A stretch of 64,000 bases of DNA, from the IMG/VR virus record IMGVR_UViG_3300028388_001983, positions 9,144-73,143 of that record, one strand, 5' to 3'. Of this stretch, positions 50,180 through 59,322 are shown in pieces. Made by a program: the position numbers and the translations under genes. Position 1 is the first letter of the stretch. Each line of letters starts with the position of its first letter. The DNA is from a virus. Below the pieces are notes generated by a model. That model worked only from the letters and a program-made list of their open reading frames with translations, was not told the origin of the DNA and made no database searches.

Positions 50180-50326
50180 TCATTTGAATAATTTTTTATA
50201 TTTCTTAATAACATTTTGCCTTATATTATTAACAGGATTCTTAAAAGTTACCCTGCCTTTAGAATCAACTTTACTTACTTGTCTAAACTTTTCTTTCTTT
50301 GGCTTTAATTGTTTTTCTTTTCTCAT
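50180..50326 (-). CDS. Small basic protein (48 aa), not in ORF track
   Basis: MRKEKQLKPKKEKFRQVSKVDSKGRVTF...; ATGA overlap with the upstream stop. Confidence 0.5.
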   Translation of the reverse strand: MRKEKQLKPKKEKFRQVSKVDSKGRVTFKNPVNNIRQNVIKKYKKLFK

Positions 50327-50991
50327 GACAAATCCTCCCTTAATAACCATCCAGCCGGATAAGCTACTGGTGAATAAACATTATAATCAATCAGACTTTC
50401 ATAAACATTACCGTCTGTATATCTTACTAAATCCCCTATACGAAACGCATCATGTCCCCCCGTGGGTTGATACCATTCAATGATTTCTTCACTTGGCACG
50501 CTCTTCCAAAGAGCTGGAGTAATATCAGGTGTTTGTCCTTCTACTGTCATGTGCTCCTGTAAGCACTCATACTGAATATTATTCCAAATCCGTTTCCATC
50601 CTACATATACATATTCATTCTGAATCCATTGTAAATCATCTGCGTTATCCCTGAAAAAAGTAAATAAAGCCGGTATTTCGGAAGGTTTGTAAATGGTTTT
50701 TAAATGGGATTGACGGCAAATAAATAAATCACTCGGCTGATCTAATCCTAAATCAGGGTCATCCCATTGATAAACTTTTCCTTGTTCTAAAGTTTCATGT
50801 TCGTCGTATCTTAATATTTCTGTTGTGCCTGTTTGCTTGGATATAATCAAATCTTTTGCAGATTGTAAATCCTCATCACTTAATACTCTTTCAGGTAACA
50901 TATAAGTATTATCAGGAAGTTTACGAGAATTAATACCACTATATTTCCCAAACTTACCTTCAATATGTTCTGATAATATTATTATATTCAT
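50323..50991 (-). CDS. Protein with CBM5/12 (chitin-binding type) modules
   Basis: W...Y.VG..RIWNNIQYECLQEH...PDITPALW and EWYQPTGGHDAFRIGDLVRY.DGNVYES. Confidence 0.75.
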   Translation of the reverse strand: MNIIILSEHIEGKFGKYSGINSRKLPDNTYMLPERVLSDEDLQSAKDLIISKQTGTTEILRYDEHETLEQGKVYQWDDPDLGLDQPSDLFICRQSHLKTIYKPSEIPALFTFFRDNADDLQWIQNEYVYVGWKRIWNNIQYECLQEHMTVEGQTPDITPALWKSVPSEEIIEWYQPTGGHDAFRIGDLVRYTDGNVYESLIDYNVYSPVAYPAGWLLREDLS

Positions 50992-51788
50992 GTTAATATT
51001 CCTTTGCCATTTGAATCCATGTATGTTTCAATCGCATTCCTTATTACACCTTCAGATGTACTTGATAATTTTTTAGCCCCAGACATGTAAAAACTAATCG
51101 TATCCAAAGCATAATAAGCACCTACTCTCAGTAAGGTAACTTGACTTGAAGGTAAATTATCATTATCCCCAACATAAGATGTTAACAACCCATTATTCCA
51201 TACTGATACATTAGTCAAATTATTAGAACTAAAAATATAATTTGTATTATTATTTGTATTATTTATATCTTTTCTAGTATTATCATTATGATAATGCCTA
51301 ATTTTATCAATGCTGTAATATCCTAATCCATACGCAGCAATACCATACTGAGGCCCATATGAAGCTGGGTTAATACCTCCACTTAATGTTAGCAAACCAT
51401 AAGAAGATTCATTTTGAGTATAATTTACCGCATCCGTAGAAGGATTATAATCCATTTTTAAATAAGCATTTGAACCATCTCCCTTAAATCCTTCATACTG
51501 AGTAAATACTGGGCTATTATATGCTATCCCATCATGACTTCTTTTAACCATGTTCTTTAATGCAGCATCTTCTGTCTCATTTGCCAACATGTAAAAAGTA
51601 TCAAAAAAATCACTCAAATTATTAATATTCAATCCATCCTTTACGTCCGTTATAAGTGTACTTAATTTCGTTTGTTGGTCAGAACTCAATGGAGTAGATA
51701 AAGCGTCAAGATAGGTTTGAAGGTCGGGGTCTAATATAACGCCTCCCCCACCCCTCCTTTTTGTTAGTCCTAATCCTATTCCTATCAT
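50988..51788 (-). CDS. Putative head-fibre/lectin protein with MIGIGLGL anchor
   Basis: N-terminal MIGIGLGLTKRRGGGG as in RcGTA Rcc01080-type fibres; LamG-like GFKGDGSNAYL. Confidence 0.5.
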   Translation of the reverse strand: MIGIGLGLTKRRGGGGVILDPDLQTYLDALSTPLSSDQQTKLSTLITDVKDGLNINNLSDFFDTFYMLANETEDAALKNMVKRSHDGIAYNSPVFTQYEGFKGDGSNAYLKMDYNPSTDAVNYTQNESSYGLLTLSGGINPASYGPQYGIAAYGLGYYSIDKIRHYHNDNTRKDINNTNNNTNYIFSSNNLTNVSVWNNGLLTSYVGDNDNLPSSQVTLLRVGAYYALDTISFYMSGAKKLSSTSEGVIRNAIETYMDSNGKGILT

Positions 51789-51997
51789 AATTTTATTTTT
51801 TTATTTTGCCCAAGGCATATATAAAGTTGTTCATACCATTGTTCGCCACGTTCAAATAACACTGAATAATCATCTTGTAAAGTTGTTGAGTTGACTTTCG
51901 CAAGAGTTTTCCAGGGAGAATATGAAGATGTTCCTGAATTATTATCATTCCCGTCTGGACTTACATAATAAGCTGTGACTGTATCGCTTTTATTCAT
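51785..51997 (-). pseudogene. Truncated N-terminus of a right-handed beta-helix (pectin-lyase-like) protein
   Basis: YYVSPDGNDNNSGTS..PWKTLAKVN...VLFERG cap motif, then ends after 70 aa. Confidence 0.65.
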
Positions 51998-54900
51998 CTT
52001 TATTCATCCATGCGTGACTAAGAACTTGATTAGGGTCTGAAAATTCACCAGCAAGAGGGACTCCATTTTTCCCTTGTGCTTCCTGTTTCCATTGAAAAAC
52101 TGCTATATCATCAATTTGCCACCATTCATCACGTTGAGCAGATTCATCTTCCCCTCCATCATAAGGAGCCCCTAATGAATTTCCTCCGAAAAAAACATCC
52201 CCTCTGAATGTATTGATTCCCCATTGATCTGGTCTTGTCGTTCTGTAATAAGAGGAAAGAATCTCCATACCGCTGTATCTTCCATGTAATACCCCATCTA
52301 CAAATACTTCCATGAATCCATCTTGATTAACTGAATTATCTGCATTATAGGTATTCATCACATATCTAAGGGTAATATTTTGCCATTGTCCAGGTTCTAG
52401 GTAGGCCCTTCCGTTAAATTGATAGCAAAAATCGCCTGCTCCCCATTGTGTTCTTCCTGAGTTTTGATAATACATATAAAAATATAATTGACCCCTATCT
52501 GGATCACCAGTGACGGGCTTATACATTACCCTTAAAGAAGCTCCTTCATCGTATGTAGGTTGCATAGATATAGTTTTATCACCTCCAGCATGAACTCCGG
52601 CGAACATTTTTCCGCCACGGTTAAAAAGAAAACCAGGTTTATGTTTAATATTATACGTCATCCACACTTCTTCGTAAGGGCCAATAGGCATATTCCATTC
52701 ATCGCCGCCGATGAGATTTGTGACACCTCCTTCAACTGTATTATATTCAAGTACCTTTGATCCATAATTACTATCAATAGTTATTGAATCAAAATATCCT
52801 ACCGTATATGGCAATGGAGAAGTCTCTGGATATTTATAATATGTATTTGCCAGACTAGATACATAACTGGCATTATATTCTGAAGTTGAAGGGTCTCTAT
52901 AATCAACTGATCTTCCTGTCCCCCCCGGGAAATCTTGTTGGTATTGTGATTTTGTCCATTTCCCTGTTGAATGATCTTCCCAATCTTGTTCTAAGATGAT
53001 AGTATATTGAGACTTATCTGGATTATCATATACAGGGGGTTCATATGTTGTACTTGACCCGGATAATATTGAGCCTGGATTTGAATATAATTCAGCTACA
53101 TTTGCTGAAGATAATGTTTGATTCATAATCAAAACCTCATCCAGATATGCGTTAATATCATCCGTCCCATCTTTTTGTTGTCCAATTCGTGTGACTCCGG
53201 CCAGCGTAACGCCAGAATGAAAATCTGTTGAACTTCCTTCATAAATATTATCAACATAAAAGTTGACGGAATCCGCATACTTATTGACAACAACATGAGA
53301 CATTGCATCTGTTACAAATACAACTCCTGTATTAGATGCTGCTGTAAGCGTAGTTCCGTCTTTTGTTTCAAGATAGACGGTATTAGTAGAAAAATTAATA
53401 TAAATATTAATGCTATCAGAACTAAATACTGTTGATCTTGTGTATGCGTCTTTCTCTGTTACCCAAAATGAAACTGAAAAAACTGTATCTACATCACTAC
53501 CCAAATTAATTTCAAAATATCTATCTGTCCCCCACATTTGCCATGCGTAAGTTCCCGCTGCAACCGCATTCGTTGTATAGCCCAATGCTGCGCTAGCTGT
53601 CCCATTATAATTATCAAGATCATCTAACACATTATTTTCTGCCTTATAATGTGCTAATGTTTCAACTGTGTCTGAACCGTATGAAACGAGACTCAGGCTT
53701 ACATCTTGCAATTCATTATACTGCATGTCAACAACATTATTATTTCCAGATTTTGCATATACTATTGAATCTGGAGAACTTGCAGAAGCACAAGTGAATA
53801 ATATTACATTCCCATCTATGACTGGATTTGTGACTTCTTTTTCTGACGCTCCCTCATAAGCTTTCCATGCTGCCGTATCGGGCGTTATAGATGATATTAA
53901 TTGTTCATTTGCATTAATCCTTATTTTATTGTCCCCGTCTCGATTAAAACTGGCTGTATCAATCGTAGGAGGTATCACATCTATGATTGCAGCCTCTCCA
54001 ATGTAAGCACTAAGAAGATCGTTAGACGTTGCTTCTGAAATCACATCACTATATATTCTTGCTCCATCCAAATATCCTGATAATGTCAAGGTATCTGACA
54101 AATTAAGCCCAAATCTGAGAGTGTCTTGCGTCCAATTCACCGCAAGATTAGCAGTAGAATCTTCTGTTTGATCAATTCCGTTAATAATGAACCTTACATC
54201 ATTTGTTGTACTATCAACTGTCAATATTACCATATTCGATCCTGCTCCGGGCACGAATATGCTATCATTTGATGATGCTGTATCTCCTGCACATATAAAA
54301 TGAAACTGTCGATTAGGAGCATCAAGCAAAAATTCTGTTGTGTCTGTTGCAAAAATTGTCCCAACGTAGTCAACCCCCCATACTTGCAAACCTACTGCAA
54401 AAGTGAATGAGTTTGAAAATGGAAAATTATTTACATCTATATAGCTTGTTGAAAAAAATGATGCTTTATAGTTACCAGAAAGTGCAAGGGCCGTAGGGTA
54501 ATAGAATCCTGATGATGCAGTTCCGTCATAACTTCCCTTTGAGTCTTGCGCATTGTTTTCAAAGTCATAAAAGGAAATTAACGAAATCAATTCTTCAACA
54601 TTATTAGTTACGACTTCATTGTTAAAAGTAGCTAGAGCATTCCCGGAGAGATCTCTAATGTAATTATCTGAAAGGGTATTGTATGACAAATTAAGCACAT
54701 CACTTTGCACGATTGTATCGTTAAGACTTAAATAAATATATTGTCCGGATGCAGTTATACTATCAATTTCTGTCGAAGAAAAATGATTTATACTTATAAT
54801 GAACGCATCATCACTTACACTAGGAACATATGAGGCGTCTATTGATTCTGAAAAAGTGATTATAATTGAATCACCCGTTTCGTTTGTTTCAGCACTCGAA

Positions 54901-55112
54901 AAAGTCGGAGCAGTAACATCCTGTAAAGACGAAATTGTTGTTCTGAGGTTTGCAATGGAGTCCTTATTAGCATCTAAAAGGCTTCTGTGAATAGTGATAG
55001 AATCATCAATATCTTCAATCCTTTTTTCTACATTGATTTGTCCAGAAGGAGTCTGTGCTGATAACGTTATTCCTATTAAGGAAAATATAATTATAATAAG
55101 TAGTTTTCTCAT
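51990..55112 (-). CDS. Signal peptide + SwmB-like repeats + 2 LamG + PL14-like polysaccharide (alginate-type) lyase
   Basis: MRKLLIIIIFSLIGITLSA-Q; APTFSSAE...IIITFSE; GFLFNRGGKM, SLRVMYK, YFYMYY, PGQWQNI, DGFMEVFVDG, VFFGG. Confidence 0.75.
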   Translation of the reverse strand: MRKLLIIIIFSLIGITLSAQTPSGQINVEKRIEDIDDSITIHRSLLDANKDSIANLRTTISSLQDVTAPTFSSAETNETGDSIIITFSESIDASYVPSVSDDAFIISINHFSSTEIDSITASGQYIYLSLNDTIVQSDVLNLSYNTLSDNYIRDLSGNALATFNNEVVTNNVEELISLISFYDFENNAQDSKGSYDGTASSGFYYPTALALSGNYKASFFSTSYIDVNNFPFSNSFTFAVGLQVWGVDYVGTIFATDTTEFLLDAPNRQFHFICAGDTASSNDSIFVPGAGSNMVILTVDSTTNDVRFIINGIDQTEDSTANLAVNWTQDTLRFGLNLSDTLTLSGYLDGARIYSDVISEATSNDLLSAYIGEAAIIDVIPPTIDTASFNRDGDNKIRINANEQLISSITPDTAAWKAYEGASEKEVTNPVIDGNVILFTCASASSPDSIVYAKSGNNNVVDMQYNELQDVSLSLVSYGSDTVETLAHYKAENNVLDDLDNYNGTASAALGYTTNAVAAGTYAWQMWGTDRYFEINLGSDVDTVFSVSFWVTEKDAYTRSTVFSSDSINIYINFSTNTVYLETKDGTTLTAASNTGVVFVTDAMSHVVVNKYADSVNFYVDNIYEGSSTDFHSGVTLAGVTRIGQQKDGTDDINAYLDEVLIMNQTLSSANVAELYSNPGSILSGSSTTYEPPVYDNPDKSQYTIILEQDWEDHSTGKWTKSQYQQDFPGGTGRSVDYRDPSTSEYNASYVSSLANTYYKYPETSPLPYTVGYFDSITIDSNYGSKVLEYNTVEGGVTNLIGGDEWNMPIGPYEEVWMTYNIKHKPGFLFNRGGKMFAGVHAGGDKTISMQPTYDEGASLRVMYKPVTGDPDRGQLYFYMYYQNSGRTQWGAGDFCYQFNGRAYLEPGQWQNITLRYVMNTYNADNSVNQDGFMEVFVDGVLHGRYSGMEILSSYYRTTRPDQWGINTFRGDVFFGGNSLGAPYDGGEDESAQRDEWWQIDDIAVFQWKQEAQGKNGVPLAGEFSDPNQVLSHAWMNKDE

Positions 55113-55129
55113 ATCTATTGTATGTTTAT

Positions 55130-55195
55130 TTAATTTCCATCCCCGATTGCATCAAGGGTCATTATAAGGGTTAATATGATTAGTGTTAGTGTCAT
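55130..55195 (-). pseudogene. 21-codon remnant (MTLTLIILTLIMTLDAIGDGN) resembling 32995..33459
   Basis: TAATG coupling to the upstream stop; LDAIGDG vs LDATGDA in the intact gene. Confidence 0.4.
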
Positions 55196-57210
55196 TAGTT
55201 CTCAATAAATTTAACTGCCTTGCCTCCTACGTTTTTGCTTCCGATTGATCGGGGGCGGTTGGGGCGTTGTGAGGGAGTAGGTGTATATTCAAAAGGCCCT
55301 AAATCAGGAGCATCACCTTCATAATCAATCCCAACATCCGTACCTGCATCTATTAACTGTGATATGGGTGCAAGTTTATAATAATCACCTATATCCGGCA
55401 GTGAACCGTCTGATTGTCGGGGGGCTGAAAGAATAGTAAAATTAGTAGCCGAATCAGGTAGAGCCAAAAAATCAGCATCAGTGACAGTCACACCTGGAGG
55501 ATCATTCCACGAATTAGTTGAATCGGTTTCAAAATATCCTCCCATATATTCTCCTTTATCAGCATAAGAATTATCATAACCTATGTTATTTATATACCTA
55601 TTATCTCTATGTTCCCATCCATCAGGATCAGTTTGTGTGACAGTAAAACCCTGTTCGTTTTTATAAGCAAGATTATTATAAATATTTCTATTCATAGATG
55701 GTTGATCTTGTACATGATTTTCTGTAAATCCAACCCCTTGATTATAAGAAGCAATACACCTAATATTAATACGATTTATTAAATCGGGATAAAGGGATAA
55801 TGCCGCTGTATCACCTGTATTATTTATTTTGTATCCATTTCCAGATGAAGTATAATCAAGATAAGGAAAATAAATTCCATTACTAAAAGACCAACAGTCT
55901 ATCATAGCAATCGTTCCCGGCCCTTGAACATTATATCCATCATCAGCACCCAGCCAAGACCTACAGCCATTAAGCTCTATGTATTCACCGGGAAATGCGA
56001 TTACCATAAAACATGGCTGCGCCCATGACCCTGCTTGACCTAATCCATAATTAAAAGTATTAACAGCAAAAGAATCTATACAATGATAAAAATCACAATT
56101 AATGAGGTAAGTTGTATCGCCAGGAATCCACAAAGTTGAATCAGTAATTGTATAAGGATCGACTTCAGTATATATTGTATCACCTTCTGATGAAATATAA
56201 CGAGTATCATCAATCGTTCCATTAGAGCTAAATACCCCCTGTCCTCCAATATGATGAACATTAACTCTTTCAATCCGTAAATAATTACACGCATAAAAGT
56301 TCATACCTCTTACTTGTACATATCTATATTTCTGCCATACATTTCTAACTGTAAAATCCTTGAGAGTTAAATAATTTATCCATGAAAAAGAAAAGCCACC
56401 ATTAGTTTCTCCTGTTCCACCAGCTTCTACTGCATCATAATCTGGTTCATCAGGCATGATTAATGAAAAGTCAAAAATAACTGAGTCCCCATTAGCTATA
56501 TCAGGGGGATAGCCCCCAAAAAAAATCCTATTATTTGGCTCTCCTTGATTACAAGTTCCATCTTCCACACTAACACTTATAGATCCTTGATTTTGTGTTC
56601 TATAATATGTCCCTGCTCTTACATAAATTGAATCACCTGCCTTTGCTAACCCGAATGCTCTTTCTGGTGTTGCGAAGGGTGATGATATAGAACCATCATT
56701 TGCATCATGTCCTGTTAATGAAATAAAATAAGGACTTCCGGCAGGTTCATCTCCCTGAATTAAAGAAATATTGTCAATAGTAAATCCGTCTTGTGTACTT
56801 GAAGCATAAAAAGAAATACCCCCATTGTTGCTCTCAGGAGTTGTGAAAATCACTTGGTGTGATCCTACTCCATATTCAGTAAACTCCACATAAATATTAG
56901 AATTTATATCATCATAAATTCTCATATATGCAACACCACCTGTAGTATCTGGTGTTATTTCAAACCCTAAAATATAAGTGGTATTATTTTGAATCTGACT
57001 AACCATGTCATCAGCATTCTGCCTTAAATGTCCAGTCCCCAAATCTTCAAAATGAGCATCACCCCCACTAATAACCCATTCTCCCTCAGTGATAATTGTC
57101 CAATAATCAGAATTATCAAATGTACCGTTAGTTATCAACTCAGTACCTTGAGAATAAACGCATATAGACGATAATAGCATTAATATATATATTATACTTT
57201 TTTTCTTCAT
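55195..57210 (-). CDS. Signal peptide + CBM4/9-like + PL9-like right-handed beta-helix lyase
   Basis: MKKKSIIYILMLLSSICVYS-Q; ELITNGTFD; YFISLTGHDANDGS..PFAT..AGDSIYVRAGTY; ADDGY, GNGYK; APRQSDGSLPD...LIDAG...APDLGPFE. Confidence 0.75.
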   Translation of the reverse strand: MKKKSIIYILMLLSSICVYSQGTELITNGTFDNSDYWTIITEGEWVISGGDAHFEDLGTGHLRQNADDMVSQIQNNTTYILGFEITPDTTGGVAYMRIYDDINSNIYVEFTEYGVGSHQVIFTTPESNNGGISFYASSTQDGFTIDNISLIQGDEPAGSPYFISLTGHDANDGSISSPFATPERAFGLAKAGDSIYVRAGTYYRTQNQGSISVSVEDGTCNQGEPNNRIFFGGYPPDIANGDSVIFDFSLIMPDEPDYDAVEAGGTGETNGGFSFSWINYLTLKDFTVRNVWQKYRYVQVRGMNFYACNYLRIERVNVHHIGGQGVFSSNGTIDDTRYISSEGDTIYTEVDPYTITDSTLWIPGDTTYLINCDFYHCIDSFAVNTFNYGLGQAGSWAQPCFMVIAFPGEYIELNGCRSWLGADDGYNVQGPGTIAMIDCWSFSNGIYFPYLDYTSSGNGYKINNTGDTAALSLYPDLINRINIRCIASYNQGVGFTENHVQDQPSMNRNIYNNLAYKNEQGFTVTQTDPDGWEHRDNRYINNIGYDNSYADKGEYMGGYFETDSTNSWNDPPGVTVTDADFLALPDSATNFTILSAPRQSDGSLPDIGDYYKLAPISQLIDAGTDVGIDYEGDAPDLGPFEYTPTPSQRPNRPRSIGSKNVGGKAVKFIEN

Positions 57211-57211
57211 T

Positions 57212-59176
57212 TTAATAAATAGTATATTTATTGTTAAGATAATCCATGATTGCAGTTCTATCTTCTGAGCTATCGTCTACGTTTCTTATAATTATTTCCT
57301 TAAAAGAAACTGCTGAGTTATTTGAAAAATCGCCAATATCTAACGTGTTGGTTGCATCAATTTCTCCGGCAATTTCTGTAACTTCACTCCCATTGTTTAT
57401 CACAATGCCAGAAGAACTATATGAAACGAATCTACATACAACTAACATTGTGTTTTCATAAATAAGATCTGAGTTTGATCGTATATAATTTGATCCTGCG
57501 ACTATTCTTAATTGATTATTATCAGTATTATTGTGTTCAACAATCATATTAGTAGAACCGTTGGAGATTAAATCGCTGCTATTAAAATAAGAATCTACGC
57601 ACATAACGGCATACCATGTGTTTGATGTATCTAACGCAATAGAGCTCCCCATTTGCACACCTGCTGCATGACCAAATATTATGGAATCTCCTTGAAATAG
57701 TGGTTTTATATCTGTATTATTAGTCAAATGATAATCATTCCCACTTACATCATCCCATTGACTAACTGAATCATCACTTTGTGTTACATACTCGGCCTCT
57801 GCAATATACCAACCTTGAGTATTTCCATCATTTAACACCGCTGGTTCATCACCAAGATTATTAGTAACCGTACTATCCGCCCAACTTGCAACTAAATTAC
57901 CCGAAGCATCCTGTAATCTTCCGCTTGTTGGTTGTGTGTAAGTTATAGTAAATGAACTATCCTGATATGTAGAAGCAAGTGAACTATCAAGAGCAGCAAA
58001 AAGCGTGTCTGAACTTAATGTAATCGCATTAAGACCTATCTCAACTTGACCACCTGTTTCAAATAAGAAGTCTGTTGTTGCAGGGATTGAATCAGCATTA
58101 AGAGCTTCATCAAATAATCCCATTACAATACTATCGTTATATGTTCCAATCTCGAAAGATTGAGCAATCGGGGCTGTTTCATCAGGAGGAGTGTAATCAA
58201 GGTTATTAGTCACACTTTGATCAGTCCATCCTGAACTCTCAAATCCATTCGTATCTTGCAGGCGTGGATAGCCTGAAGGTACATAAGTTAATTGAAGTGT
58301 TGAGTCATTAAACACTGTAAGCGTTGAATCAAGAGCTACCCCTAACGTTGTAGCATCAATGAATGAAGTTGCATTTAATCCTATAGCCACATCATTTGAC
58401 GTTTCAAAAGTAAAGTCTGCTATATTAGGAACACTATCGGTATCTACACCCGTTACATCAGAAAGAGTTACATAAATTATTGTATCGTTTCCTGTACCTA
58501 TCTCAGCACTGGAATAAGTCGGGCCTTCCTGATCAATGTCTCTAAGGACTAAACTTGTAACATTCGCACTTTCCCGAATATGAATCCTCATTATGTCTCC
58601 AGCTACATAAACAGGATGAACGGTAAGCGTTGAATCATTTAGTTCATAACCCGGAGAAGTAGCACGAGAAGGAACCATCGGCATATATGCTCCATCACCA
58701 CCACGAAACACTTCAAGAGATTTTCCAAAAAGTTCACCATGTGTAAATAGGCTATCCCCAACTGCCGGAGCATCCGTAGTTGTTCCTACTGTAAATTCAA
58801 GTAGGTCATAGCCTCCTGACACCGATGCAGTTCGTGCTTCTAAAGCTGTTATAGAATCATTCAAAGCATCTAAGGTTGAATAAGCCGAACTATCCACCTC
58901 AGCATAAAGTGTGTCTCCTGTGGATGAATATGTGTATATAACACCATTTCTTCCAATCATCGTTAGTGAATCATTCTTACTTACCCAGATACTGTCAAGT
59001 TGCGAGATTAGAAGTGTATATGTACTGTCCTTTTCTGCGTCAATAACAAGTATCTGCACGGAATCCCTTCCTATAATACTATCCTGTGGGATATACCCAT
59101 AGTAATGATCCCAAGACTGTGCCTTTCCTAAAAGGGCAATCCAAATAAATCCGATTATAAATAATAATTTTTTCAT
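57212..59176 (-). CDS. Signal peptide + two SwmB-like repeats + LamG/ConA-like adhesin
   Basis: MKKLLFIIGFIWIALLGKA-Q; internal repeat (PTYSSAEIGT.NDT / PIAQSFEIGT.NDS ... RLQD..G...W.D..VTNNL); VSQWDDVSGNDYHL...YLNNKY. Confidence 0.7.
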   Translation of the reverse strand: MKKLLFIIGFIWIALLGKAQSWDHYYGYIPQDSIIGRDSVQILVIDAEKDSTYTLLISQLDSIWVSKNDSLTMIGRNGVIYTYSSTGDTLYAEVDSSAYSTLDALNDSITALEARTASVSGGYDLLEFTVGTTTDAPAVGDSLFTHGELFGKSLEVFRGGDGAYMPMVPSRATSPGYELNDSTLTVHPVYVAGDIMRIHIRESANVTSLVLRDIDQEGPTYSSAEIGTGNDTIIYVTLSDVTGVDTDSVPNIADFTFETSNDVAIGLNATSFIDATTLGVALDSTLTVFNDSTLQLTYVPSGYPRLQDTNGFESSGWTDQSVTNNLDYTPPDETAPIAQSFEIGTYNDSIVMGLFDEALNADSIPATTDFLFETGGQVEIGLNAITLSSDTLFAALDSSLASTYQDSSFTITYTQPTSGRLQDASGNLVASWADSTVTNNLGDEPAVLNDGNTQGWYIAEAEYVTQSDDSVSQWDDVSGNDYHLTNNTDIKPLFQGDSIIFGHAAGVQMGSSIALDTSNTWYAVMCVDSYFNSSDLISNGSTNMIVEHNNTDNNQLRIVAGSNYIRSNSDLIYENTMLVVCRFVSYSSSGIVINNGSEVTEIAGEIDATNTLDIGDFSNNSAVSFKEIIIRNVDDSSEDRTAIMDYLNNKYTIY

Positions 59177-59178
59177 AA

Positions 59179-59322
59179 TTAATGTGGTAATTTTATGTAA
59201 TTTCCTTCTGCGTCTTTAATCTTGTTCCCTTCCGCATCAAGCATATAGATGGATTCATCTTTTTTCCTTCGCATACTATTTATTGGCATTCCTGCTAATC
59301 CTGTTGTATTAAAAATACTCAT
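59179..59322 (-). CDS. Small 47-aa putative fibre adaptor, not in ORF track
   Basis: MSIFNTTGLAGMPINSMRRKKDESIYMLDAEGNKIKDAEGNYIKLPH; TAATG coupled upstream, ends 2 nt before the next ATG. Confidence 0.55.
   Translation of the reverse strand: MSIFNTTGLAGMPINSMRRKKDESIYMLDAEGNKIKDAEGNYIKLPH

Noticed and set aside
50100-59300. Island as plain host chromosomal contamination
   Set aside because: Not favoured: genes are co-oriented and translationally coupled to phage genes at both ends, and include phage-type fibre proteins rather than SusC/D or T9SS cargo; read mapping is still needed to exclude it
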